64,000 bases of DNA from Antedon mediterranea (lineage: Eukaryota; Animalia; Echinodermata). The notes under the pieces are model-generated. The model saw only the letters and a program-made list of their open reading frames with translations, made no database searches and had not been told where the DNA came from. The stretch is taken from NCBI RefSeq assembly GCF_964355755.1, contig NC_092670.1, positions 40,784,388 through 40,848,387 on the forward strand, in the 5' to 3' direction. The number at the start of each line of letters is the position of its first letter. The first letter of the stretch is position 1. This document shows positions 1 to 11,627 of the stretch, piece by piece. A program made the position numbers and the translations under genes.

Positions 1-2010
1 ATTAATTACGTCTTATATCAAGGCCGTTGTGAGAGGTTAAATAAAGACAAGACAAAGATGTTTTAAATATAATTCTTAATATAAAATACGACGATCTATG
101 CTGGTAAATTAGGGTGGGTGTCTCATGCTGGCTATGGTCGTGTATATATTAATTCTTTTCATGTCTAATGCTTATTATCGAAACTTCTCTATTGTAATAT
201 ACACACATACTATGACTAGTATATATACATAAAGATGCCCACAACAATTTATGAAATCTAACAATTCACCTTGATTGAAGATGATGCCAACCTACTTATA
301 GGTTCAATGTCATTCAATTAGAATTATTAATAAACTTAATATTCTGTAATATGCATAAATTAACATTTCAAAATGTAGCTTGTTAGAGCAAAATTGAGAC
401 AATTCAGTTACGGTTGGGCGATTTGTGAAAGAGCAGCTGACGACACTGACGTTTATCTTTTGAGAAATACTGACAAATATGAAATAATTAATGTAAAGAA
501 AAAGTTTTAAAGACATGGTCAAATGGAAGACACCCATCCTAAGAACAAGAAGTCACATGTTCTAATTTTGAATTCATTTAACAAATTTATGGAATTTTAT
601 TTGTCTGATAAGAGTGTTTAACAGCATTTAGCACACATTTAACTTTTTTATGCTTTTAATAAATAAAGATGTATTTCCCCCAAAACATGACAAACTTGAA
701 TCAATCATTTTGTAGTTTTAATATTAATTATTCACTTTCGAAAACCGAAAAAAATAAAAAGTCAGATTGCCTCTTTAACACAATTTTTGTTTTATTATTT
801 TTTTCATGAGGACAGTGTTTAATGAGTGAGTATTGATGTGTACTTGATATTTAAAAGTCATCTTGAATCTGTATCAAACTAATGACCTTTGCAGAGGAAC
901 CAATTTTAAGAATTTGAAGCTATTTCTGATCTGTTGATTGAATTGTCTAATGATCAATAGAATATAAACTGTTTAGATGTATTACACAGTAAGATCACAG
1001 ACTATATATATACTGAAAATATAAATAAGCACATTCTTTAAAAATGATAAATTAAGTGGGTGACTTAAGGATAACATATTCTAGATTAGCCTTTGAATTA
1101 GGCGCGTGGGGGTACATTAAAATGTCATCTTCTTTAATCAATTAGTTATGGGGACATTAAAGGTCATTCTATGGCATGTCTAAACAACTGTTTTTTTTTA
1201 GTAATTTTAAGACAAGTAGGGTTACCCTGGTGTACTACTAGTGGACAGATGAGAGTGTCTTAATTAACAGCACTGATCCGATGTGACCCTTAGGGGAGAA
1301 GCATGTAGTTGAACAGTGTAACATCCAAGTCCATAGCGCCATGAACAATGATCGTTTCAATGGCACTATTCAAATTATTATTAGTAGTAAAATTTGACAA
1401 GAAAAAAACAGAAATAAAATAACACAAAAATGTACGGTTGGGTTGTTAATTAAAAAATGGCAATTCTCAACCTTAGTCCCTCTGAATGCACAAGAAAACT
1501 GTGATATTTAAACTAAAAACAAAGTTGTTTTACCTAATTTTACAAAGAAAGCTAAATTTATGTGAATTTTATTTGCAGCAGACTACGGCTGACAAATTAT
1601 TTTTAAAAATCTCTTGGATAATATATCCAACAAGTTTTCTATACAAACATTTTACAAACATTTTACAAACATTTTAGTTGTTGATTCAGTTTTAACAAAA
1701 TATAAACCATCTACTTCTATATTCTATATAGTAACACAAAATTGAATTCACAGAATTTTGTAATAAAAATATTCCAATAATTGTTGTTTTAAAACTTTTA
1801 AATTTGAGTACATCTTATTTTATCAAGGTTAAGAACAGACTTGGCTAAAATTAAAATTAAATGGAAAATAATAATTTTAAAAGATCATAAAGATCATAAA
1901 ATAAATGTTCTATTTTTGTCAATTTGTTTTCATTTATTTTCTATTTTTAGTATTAATAATAAATATTTTTTTTACAAGGAATACCAATTATAGAAATGGT
2001 GTACTGAATA

Positions 2011-2012
<2 letters not shown>

Positions 2013-2046
<34 letters not shown>
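2013..2046. repeat. (TA)n microsatellite
   Basis: Direct inspection. Confidence 0.95.
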
Positions 2047-2049
<3 letters not shown>

Positions 2050-2094
2050 CTCTATAAACAATCATTTTCAGCTAATTGGCTGCATGTTTTATTT

Positions 2095-2510
2095 ATACTG
2101 CCATACTGCGAATTTAAACGCCGGTTCTTGTCAAAAGTTAAGCAATGTTTGGCATGGTTGCATTTTTGGATTGGAGACCGTCTGGAAATAATGCATCAAT
2201 TGCTGTATAGACCGAAGAGTAATGGTGTATCTGTACAATACTGATTTTATCCTATAGGCAAGATGCTTTACTCTCATTGCCTCGTCCTTTAATTGGGACA
2301 TAAAGCTGTTGGTCCCATGATAGTGCATGTTAAAGCACAGGTTACACTATTTACAAACAGAGTAGGGATCATCTTCCGGTGTGCTGATCTGGTAGATGCT
2401 GCAATGCTGGCTGACATGGGTCCGTAAATCGCTTAATCCAAATATCCTTGGTTTCTATTTGAGCTTGAGGATAATAATTACTACCTCTATCTCCTCTACC
2501 TTTAACTTAT
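2095..2510 (+). mobile_element. 5S rRNA-headed SINE with Deu/Nin-like central domain (degenerate)
   Basis: 2095-2208 aligns by eye to 5S rRNA (GCCATAC...GCCGGTTCTTGTC...AAGTTAAGCA...TTGGATTGGAGACCGTCTGGAAATA). The following GGCAAGATGCTTTACTCTCATTGCCTCGTCCTTT..GGGACATAAAGCTGTTGGTCCC..GCATGTTAAAG..AGAGTAGGG..CCGGTGT resembles CORE then Nin/Deu SINE domains. Confidence 0.7.
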
Positions 2511-4061
2511 CATAATAAATTTTAAAAAGAAATGATGACTGAAGCTTTCAAATAAGCATTTAACTACAAAATTGACTAATAGCGAGAGGTCAGATACTGG
2601 AAAATGACCTTAAGGATGACCCTAACTTAGTATTTAACCATCTTAAAAGATAGCTACATCAAAGTATGTTTGCTATTCTCCCAAATCTTTCCCTAAGTAA
2701 TTTTTCCCATATTAGCATTGATATGTTATCTACATCTTCAATTGCCTCTAAACGAAGTCTTCAAATGCTACAGGAATACGTGACTTTGAATTAACAAATA
2801 ACAAACCAGCTTCTATCAGTGCATGCGTCTAACGCCATAAGTAGAGTATGTTATCAGGATCCCTGAGCATTTCAATATGACTATGATAAAGTATAATCAA
2901 CTAGTCACGGTGTACATCATTCTCTCAACCCATCGGCTATTTTTTGCTGCTGTATGTGAAACTTTTACTTCACTTACGTTAATTACAATAGTTTACTAGG
3001 TTGTCGTGCATGATTGACCCTTCAGCATTTAAAAAACAAACATTAGTATGTAGCACATTAATTATTTATAATATACACATACAATTTATCAGTAACTATG
3101 TACAGTAAGTCTGACGGCCTTGTGAATAAACACCATTGAGGTGAACAAAAGTGTTACCGTTTTTTATTCTTATTTATTATATTCTAAATGTTGAATGTAT
3201 GTACTCTATCATTTAACCCAGTATATAATTTGTATATACTATTAGTAAGTGATGTGAAGTGGTGTAATAGCTATGAGCGCTCACTGGCTAAATCCTAAGC
3301 TCCAGAGCGTAAGGGGCCTCAGAGCATGAGCAATCCAATGTAACTACCCAGTGTTGGAGGGCCCTTATGTGTGTAATCCATAAAACTTTTCCCTCTGCTG
3401 ATGTATAGGGGATTAATCTGCACATGGATAAGTGATGAGACACTGTACAACATTTTATCTTTCTTCAGGGTCACTTTGTGTTGACCACCAAACCACGCTC
3501 ATTCATCTGTCCAAAACGACAAGGACCGAGTGGCTACAGTGGCTCAACTCAGTATGTTAAACATAGACTACTAGCTGAGTATTTTAATACTCTATTACCA
3601 ATGCGTTCAAAATGCATTATATGATGTTGAAAACTATATGTATAATTGATAACTTTTGTTGTTACAATAAGAATATCAACAAAGTTACTAATTTGCATAT
3701 TATTTTTCACAGGTGAGCTTACTCGGAAACAAAGGGCCATAATGTGAATAGTTTATAATTCTACCACCAGTTTCATGTGGAAATATTACTACCGGGATAT
3801 TTGCCTCACTTAACATGTAAGTATCTTTATTTTCTAAATTAGTTACAGACACTAGTGTACTAAGTCATGTTTAACAAACATCTATTGTATATTATTGATG
3901 AACTTCTATTGCCGTGCGTTCACCTAAGATTTATTTTCGATGACCTAGGATATACGCATAATGTATACGATTCACGGTCAACTCGACTCGGAGTCAAATG
4001 AGGAAGCACAACGCACACTGAATGACGTTACTAGTATCTGCAGTAAAGCTCTGTCTACAGT

Positions 4062-4180
4062 AAAGCTCTGTCTACACTATCAAATTACCACCATATATGG
4101 ACATGCTGATGTCATATCACTAGCATATTTGGGCATATCACACTTTGTTGTCAAACTTGTTTGATAGTTTAGACAGAGCC
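4062..4180. mobile_element. MITE family A (Harbinger-like), copy
   Basis: TIR AGCTCTGTCTACACTATCAAA ... TTTGATAGTTTAGACAGAGC with internal GGGCATATCAC subrepeats. Confidence 0.75.
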
Positions 4181-4261
4181 ATATAAATGAAAACTGTAGA
4201 TACTGCTAGCATATTTCAATTATAGTTACAAACAGTAGTTACCGTAGTTTTAAATAAAGGA

Positions 4262-5295
4262 TTTTTTTTTTTAACCATCTTTAATGAGGGTGATCCATCC
4301 AGCAATTGCTGATCATTTAGGGACCCTGATAGGTTCACAAGACAAACATATACACATGATGCTCTACATAAACAAAGTTTTATTATAAGTCTTTGGGAGT
4401 GGAGTTGTAATTTTGTCCTTAGAAAAAATCCTGACATGTACGTGACGCGACTAGAACCCAGGACCCTTGGAGTGGTAGCCCAGCATCATAACCACCACGC
4501 CACAACCCAGGACCCTTGGAGTGGTAGCCCAGCATCATAACCACCACGCCACAACCTAGGACCCTTGGAGTGGTAGCCCAGCATCATAACCACCAAGCCA
4601 CAACCTAGGACCCTTGGAGTGGTAGCCCAGCATCATAACCACCACGCCACAACCCAGGACCCTTGGAGTGGTAGCCCAGCATCATAACCACCAAGCCACA
4701 ACCTAGGACCCTTGGAGTGGTAGCCCAGCATCATAACCACTAAGCCACAACCCAGGACCCTTGGAGTGGTAGCCCAGCATCATAACCACTAAGCCACAAC
4801 CCAGGACCCTTGGAGTGGTAGCCCAGCATCATAACCACCACGCCACAACCCAGGACCCTTGGAGTGGTAGCCCAGCATCATAACCACCACGCCACAACCC
4901 AGGACCCTTGGAGTGGTAGCCCAGCATCATAACCACCACGCCACAACCTAGGACCCTTGGAGTGGTAGCCCAGCATCATAACCACTAAGCCACAACCCAG
5001 GACCCTTGGAGTGGTAGCCCAGCATCATAACCACTAAGCCACAACCCAGGACCCTTGGAGTGGTAGCCCAGCATAATAACCACCACGCCACAACCCAGGA
5101 CCCTTGGAGTGGTAGCCCAGCATCATAACCACCACGCCACAACCCAGGACCCTTGGAGTGGTAGCCCAGCATCATAACCACCACGCCACAACCCAGGACC
5201 CTTGGAGTGGTAGCCCAGCATCATAACCACCAAGCCACAACCTAGGACCCTTGGAGTGGTAGCCCAGCATCATAACCACTAAACCACAACTTCAC
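4262..5295 (-). mobile_element. tRNA-derived SINE with tandemly amplified 5' head
   Basis: Minus strand: A-box TGGCGTGGTGG/TGGCTTAGTGG, B-box-like GGTTCTAGTC after the last unit, body TGTCAGGATTTTTTC shared with copies at about 54770, 54960 and 62150, and an A-rich tail at 4262-4272. Confidence 0.75.
4456..5288. repeat. 49-bp minisatellite x17
   Basis: Unit ACCCAGGACCCTTGGAGTGGTAGCCCAGCATCATAACCACCACGCCACA, period 49 (starts 4456, 4505, 4554...), with few substitutions. Confidence 0.97.
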
Positions 5296-5766
5296 TCAAA
5301 CATTAAACCATTTATTTCTGCAAAGTACGCATACTTAGTGACTCACACCAGCGAAATCAGATATTAATCTTAAGTGAAACGCATCAAAATCAAATTACAA
5401 TTTTAAAAATCAATTTTATATTATTATCACCAACTTGAATATTCACAAACATGAAGTAAATATAATATATAAACTCATTAATATTAAAATGCTAAATTTA
5501 AGTCTACTTAAAATAATAACTGTCAAGTTATTGCCCTTCTCTTCCTCATAATAGCAGAAGTTGGAACTAATTATTGATCTGAAACAGATTACAGCTTATC
5601 AAAGTATATTCAAATATAAAATATATTTTATCTCATAAATCATCATTTCAAACCGACCGAATATTTTCTTTTTGAAATTACATTTACTGATTGCAAACAT
5701 TTGCATGCTTTGATGATGTGACATCTTAGTACTCAATTGCACTGTAATGTATTTGAGTCAAACTAA

Positions 5767-5950
5767 AGCTCTGTTTACACTGTCAAACTTTATGTGACAA
5801 AAATGATGTGCCCATATATGGATGATGATGTCATATAACTACCTTATTTGGGCATATCACTACCATATTTGGGCATATCACTACCTTATTTGGGCACATC
5901 ACTACCTTATTTGGGCATATCACATAAAGTTTGATAGTGTAAACAGTGCC
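5767..5950. mobile_element. MITE family A copy
   Basis: AGCTCTGTTTACACTGTCAAACT ... AGTTTGATAGTGTAAACAG, with internal 21-bp subrepeats (TTTGGGCATATCACTACC). Confidence 0.8.
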
Positions 5951-6854
5951 TTACTCTATAGATATCAGAACCAAATATATCCCTTTATTGTTCATTTCCT
6001 TATAAAGTTAAGTTCAAACTATTAATGAAAACAAAAACATTACAGAAGAGGTCGCAAATTTTGTTTGTATTGCCCAAGAAAAAAGAAAAAAATATTATGC
6101 AACACAATAGATTAATTAGCTTTTACTTTTTTTCTGAAGCCTATATATGTTCAAATAAAATCCTTGAAAAGGGAAATTTGGAAAAACAAACCAATTATGT
6201 CTTCATGTTAACATTTTAACTGTTAAACATAGAGTTTTTTTTTATTTAATCTGTAAAAACTTGTACAAAGTGAGATAGAATTAAATTAACATTTCTGCAG
6301 TGGTCATAAATCAAGTGTAACTGAGAAGCCAGACAACATGATAATATGTAAACTGATGTTGTTATTAATTTGACATAACATAATCATGATACTGTAATAA
6401 GGTTTATCATTCATTTGCACCTAACAGATACATAGACAGACACTGCATAATTCAAATGAAGTATTTAAACAAATTTTGTTGTTGTCATTGTTAAAACAAT
6501 ATCCATGTTGTTGTTGTTGTTTGGTTTGTTTAAATATAATGAGTTTAGGGTGTGTGTGCCTTTTTAATCCCATGTCTACAACGAATCCAATCGGTTTATA
6601 AATGTATTGCTATTTTAAAAAATGATGACTTCGGTTGGCAAACCATTCCCATACGTTATATGTTGTTATTTTTGTTGTTGAAACAAAATGTGTGTAAAGC
6701 CTGAAGGAAAAGAAATTGAATTTGTCATCTGGGCATGTTTAATTACACAATTAAGTCAATGACCTACCCATCAAATTTGGCATTTGGTTTTTTTTTGTAT
6801 TGCTGAGGACCCCATAACATTTGCCTCTTAAATGGTGACTATAAATAATAATGT

Positions 6855-7340
6855 TTCCCAATAAAATCTATGGTTAAATGAATAATTTGCCTTTTTTAGA
6901 TTTATGTTTATATTATTATGAAGAATAAAGAACAGTGAAATATATAATTAAGTTGTTTTCCAATAAAAATCTATGCTTAAATCATATTTATATTTGCCTT
7001 TTATTTAGATTTATGTTAATATTATTATGAAGAATAAAGAACAGTGAAATATAATTAAGTTGTTTTCCAATAAAAATCTATGGTTAAATCATATTTATAT
7101 TTGCCTTTTATTTAGATTTATGTTAATATTATTATGAAGAAAAAGAACAGTGAAATATATAATTAAGTTGTTTTCCAATAAAAATCTATGGTTAAATCAT
7201 ATTATATATTTGCCTTTTTTAGTCGCGTGGATGCGACTCAAAAGTTCACTATGTCTGTCTGTCGGTCCGGTATCAATATGCGTTTTAGCACGCGACTTAT
7301 GGCTGTTGGCCTTGTTTTAGATTATGTTAATATTATTATT
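6855..7340. repeat. About 105-110-bp tandem repeat (about 3.5 units), last unit interrupted
   Basis: Recurring CCAATAAAAATCTATGGTTAAAT...GAAGAATAAAGAACAGTGAAAT...TAAGTTGTTTT. Confidence 0.85.
7219..7316 (+). mobile_element. Miniature Helentron-associated element (HINE/DINE-1-like)
   Basis: Subterminal IR AGTCGCGTG (7221-7229) / CACGCGACT (7289-7297), internal TGTCTGTCTGTC microsatellite, 3' GGCTGTTGGCC hairpin then TTGT. Inserted in a T-run with no TSD. Confidence 0.7.
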
Positions 7341-7821
7341 ATAAAGATGATAATTATTATTACAGTATCAGAACAGAACTACCTTCTATTACGTCACATG
7401 AGTAGTGAGCTTTACTTTTTTAAAGAAAATATGTCATAAAACTGAATCTTCTTTATGATTACGTTATGACGTACAGTCGTACTTTAAACCCATTGTAAAT
7501 TTCAAACCTAAAATAGCTTTTAATTGCTAGTTGTTTTCACTGAGTCACTATAATTTTGTTCTATTTATTTCATTTTATAAACTTTATAATGTAGAAATCA
7601 CCATTGAGAGATGTCATTTGAACAGTTTAATTTAGATTTTAATTTGTCATTACTAATTATTATAGGGGATCTTTGGTAACAGAAAATAACAATTAAAAAA
7701 GACCATGTATAATACCACCAAAATTACGAGTGAGAATCAATATGGTAAGGCATTTAATAAAATGCAGACATTTTTAAAAAAAGATGGGCTTTTAAAGCAC
7801 AAATAGTTCCTAATCAGTTGC

Positions 7822-8010
7822 ATAGTGGTAGCCCAGTGGTTAGGCCACTATCAGACTAGAAGACCTGGGTTCAATTCCAGATAAGAAAGACTCCAATCTA
7901 TTCAACTGTACCTGGTTGAAAAATACTAGAAGGCATCGTGGTACTTGTCACCCTACCACATAATTAATGCAGAGGCTTAGTACAATGAGCTCCTAAATCT
8001 CATTTATTCA
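7822..8010 (+). mobile_element. tRNA-derived SINE (degenerate)
   Basis: A-box TAGCCCAGTGG and B-box GGTTCAATTCC, followed by a non-tRNA body. Confidence 0.55.
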
Positions 8011-8614
8011 CAATCACATGTCCTGGAATATGGAACTCGCTTTTACTAATATTACAATCATAAACATAGAAGATATTAAAGTTTATAGGCTTATAAAAAA
8101 ACGAAATGAAATGTTTATGCACTGGTCAAAAAGTATATAATAAGAAGGATAATAATAATAATATTAAATTAGAAAGATTAATTAATCAACCATAAAGATG
8201 ATGTCTTATAAATATTCCTAAATTTGAAGGAAATATTTCAATATTAGCATCACGCACTCCAATCAAATTGAAATGCACAAATTTGAACTTATTGGATTTT
8301 TTCGAGACAATTAATTTTCTGATATCCAAGGATTTTATTTGGCTTTTATATTCATTAAATTTGAAAACCTTGATAGCTTATGTAAAAATAACATTGAATT
8401 TATATTGAATTTCTGAATATTGAATATTCTTAAATGTGTCTGACAATATAGCAGCACATGCTTAGTGACATAAATGTATTAAGTAATGTGTAATTGAGTG
8501 AATATAATTGACATTATAAATAAATAATTGAAACAGCTGAAATTAATATACAAACAATACAGAGAGAAACATCACTGTATGTAATTAACTCTAATGTGTA
8601 TACTCTGATCATCA

Positions 8615-9515
8615 TTTGTAACACTAGTGTTTACACTCAGACCCATTTGTAACACTAGTGTTCATTCTTAGCCGTTTTTGTAAAACTAGTGTTCACACTT
8701 GAACCTCTTTGTAACACTAGTGTTCAAGCTCACCTTTGTAACACTGTTCATACTCCCCTCAGACCCCTTTGTAACACTAGGTTCAAGATCAGACCCCTTT
8801 GTAACAATAGTGTTCAAGCTCAGACTCCCTTTGTAGCACTAGTGTTCACACTCAGACACATTTGTAACACTAGTGTTCACACTCCCTCATACAGTACCCT
8901 TTGTAACACTAGTGTTCACACTCAGACACATTTGTAACACTAGTGTTTACACTCAGACACATTTTTAGCACTAGTGTTCACACTCAGACCCCTTTGTAAC
9001 ACTAGTGGTCACATTCAAACCCTTTGTAACACTAGTGTTCACATTTAAACCCTTTGTAACACTAGTGTTCACATTCAGACCCTAACACTAGTGTTCACAT
9101 TTAGACCCCTTTGTAACAATAGTATTCCCAATAAAAACCCTTTGTAACACTAGTGTTTACATTTCCTCATACCCCTTTGTAACACTATAGTGTTCACACT
9201 CCCTCATACCTCTTTGTAACACTAGTGTTTACACTCCCTCATACCCCTTTGTAACAACACTCCCTCATACCTCTTCGTAACACTAGTGTTCACACTCCCT
9301 CGTACCCCTTTGTACTGTAACACTAGTGTTCACACTCCCTCATACCCCTTTGTAGTGTAACACTAGTGTTCACACTCCCTCATACTCTTTTGTACTGTAA
9401 CACTAGTGTTCACACTCCCTCATATCCCTTTGTACTGTAACACTAGTGTTCACACTATAGTGTTCACACTCTCTCATACCCCTTTGTACTGTAACACTAG
9501 TGTTCGCACTAGTAC
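8615..9515. repeat. Degenerate 28-39-bp minisatellite with palindromic core AACACTAGTGTT
   Basis: More than 20 recurrences of TTTGTAACACTAGTGTTCACACT with related CAGACCCC/CCCTCATACCCC linkers. Confidence 0.92.
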
Positions 9516-10727
9516 TAAAATTCAGATGTGTGTATGTACTGTATTTCACTATCAATATCAAAAATCTTGTTCCTTCTCCTGTTATTAAACACAAATATAC
9601 TACTTAAAAAATAAGAATATTGTAGATCTTTTTCTGACTTGCTTATGGGGAAAGGAATGTCATTTAAAAATAAATGTATATTTGAACAATGAAATGTTAA
9701 ATGAAACATGATAAAGACATACGCACAAATGATCGTAAAGCAGTACTTGAAAATTCCCCCTTTTGTCCCTGATCGTTCTCACCTTTTACATTAATAGAAA
9801 TTATGATTCATCAAAGGCACTCTCATTAATTTTTTTTTTTAATGTAAAATATAATATTACATTTTGGTGTGCTACAGAAAGACCATGTTTATAGAACTAA
9901 TTATGCATATCTTAAAGTACTTATCTAAAGCAGTATGTTGTTTTAGTTAATCAGAAATAACAAACACCCACGTTTTGCACAAAGCAAATCAAAATATATT
10001 TAAATTAGTTGATGGTAAAATGTGAGACACTTAGAATCTGTTTCAAGGTAGCTAATATCAGGGAAGAGTGAAATAACATTAACGTATCTTTTATGTAAAC
10101 TAACATTTAATTCTTTAAAAAGAGGATTCGTAAATGCTTTAACTGTCTGACAGGAGATTTATTTATCAGACGATAAACATTTTCAAATGTCATGCGGTAG
10201 GTGTTGGTATCTTAAGCGTTGGCGCCATGAATTGTGGGTAACAGATGCCATAACATACTCGGCTATTCTGTACATGACCTCTGGTATATTGACTTTATTA
10301 AATAATGCAGGGGCGGATCTAATAGAATACATGAGGTATCCATATATACCCAATTAAAAAATAATTTTGGATTACAAGCTCTGTGTTTAGAGAAGAAAAA
10401 TCCAAATTGGTTCTTTCTTTGACATGAAGGTTGGCCACGATGCCTCCATCTACTATGAAGTCATTGCAAAAATTATAGCAAATTGTAGAGATTACATGGT
10501 ACCATTGTGCAGCACAAGCATGCTTTTTTTTGACAGAAAAAAGTTTTTAGACCCTTTGAAAAAAAAATCATAAATATAAAATGTTCTTGGTTCTTTGAGG
10601 CTAATAAGTTTTAGATACAATACTCATCTACAGTATAGAGCAGTTGGAAACATTTTGCCTCCTTTAATCAATTTTCAATCCACTATTGACACTCAAAGGA
10701 TCGCCCTGCTGGACAACAGCTGTTTAA

Positions 10728-10820
10728 AGCACCCGATATTCCCGGATTAATTCCCCAACTAAGTGTTCAACCGGACCCAACATTGCTTAACTTTGGTGAT
10801 CAGACGAGAACCGGTATTTA
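10728..10820 (-). pseudogene. 5S rRNA-derived fragment (pseudogene or SINE head)
   Basis: Plus strand AGCACCCGATATTCCC...CCAACATTGCTTAACTTTGGTGATCAGACGAGAACCGGT matches the reverse complement of 5S rRNA, with mismatches and a truncated 5' end. Confidence 0.7.
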
Positions 10821-11627
10821 TGTTATTGCTGGAATTGCCTAATAATTTAGAAAATTCTCAATTTCTTAATTCTTTCAAATTTCTTATAAAATTAAAGCAC
10901 TATAAATCTGAGAATAAGAATATAGAGAATTGATATTGTTGATATGATGCTACAGTATCAATTACCAATATAGTATGCGCTGATTATATTTAAATAACAT
11001 GGTATAAATTTTTATACTAGTATGTATATCAATTACTTATCTTGAATTACAATATTTATTATGTACCAATTCCCAAATTGTATTCGTATATATTTTGTAT
11101 TAGTAATTAATATTCTGTTAACTAAGGTGTTTCATTTAGGGACCAGTAACGAATTCAGGATTTTGAAATAGGAGGAGCCTAAAAATGGCAAATTCTAGGT
11201 GCTGAACTTAAAATAATTTCTTATCTTTTGCATTACAATTTGCAAAATATATACCCCCCATTCCCCTTCTTGAATCCTCTATGTGGACAACAGTGGAAAT
11301 AAGTTACCTTTGTACTTTTCTGTGTTTTTATCCTTGATTGTTTCTACTTTGCTAGGCCAGCATAAATACCATCTTGTATCAAAAGTATATTATCAACTAT
11401 CATTTGCATGTGGTAATAGGGATCAACACCTGAGTAAACTAATGGAATCCCATGAAGATTAAACCTAATGTTATTTTAAATGTCACATCTTTCGGTGGAC
11501 TTTACAATTATAGCATTAAATAAAAATAGTGACAACATTCAAAAGGGTCAATTACTTTATCAAAATGAATTAATAATTTAATTTACATTTTCATATTAAC
11601 AGTACTTTATGATTAAATTTACTTTAA

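Noticed and set aside
310-537. Minus ORF preceded by ttcttAG, considered as KCNQ exon 2
   Set aside because: The translation has no resemblance to KCNQ S1 (F..V..CL..SV.STI) and no convincing donor at the expected distance.
4456-5288. Possible CRISPR array or tRNA gene cluster; ORF 4948-5184
   Set aside because: Head-to-tail units have no unique spacers, no cas genes are present, and units lack the T-arm and acceptor stem. The ORF is a repeat artefact.
8615-9515. CRISPR-like palindromic repeats with variable spacers
   Set aside because: The linkers are short and mutually homologous, the context is eukaryotic, and there are no cas genes.
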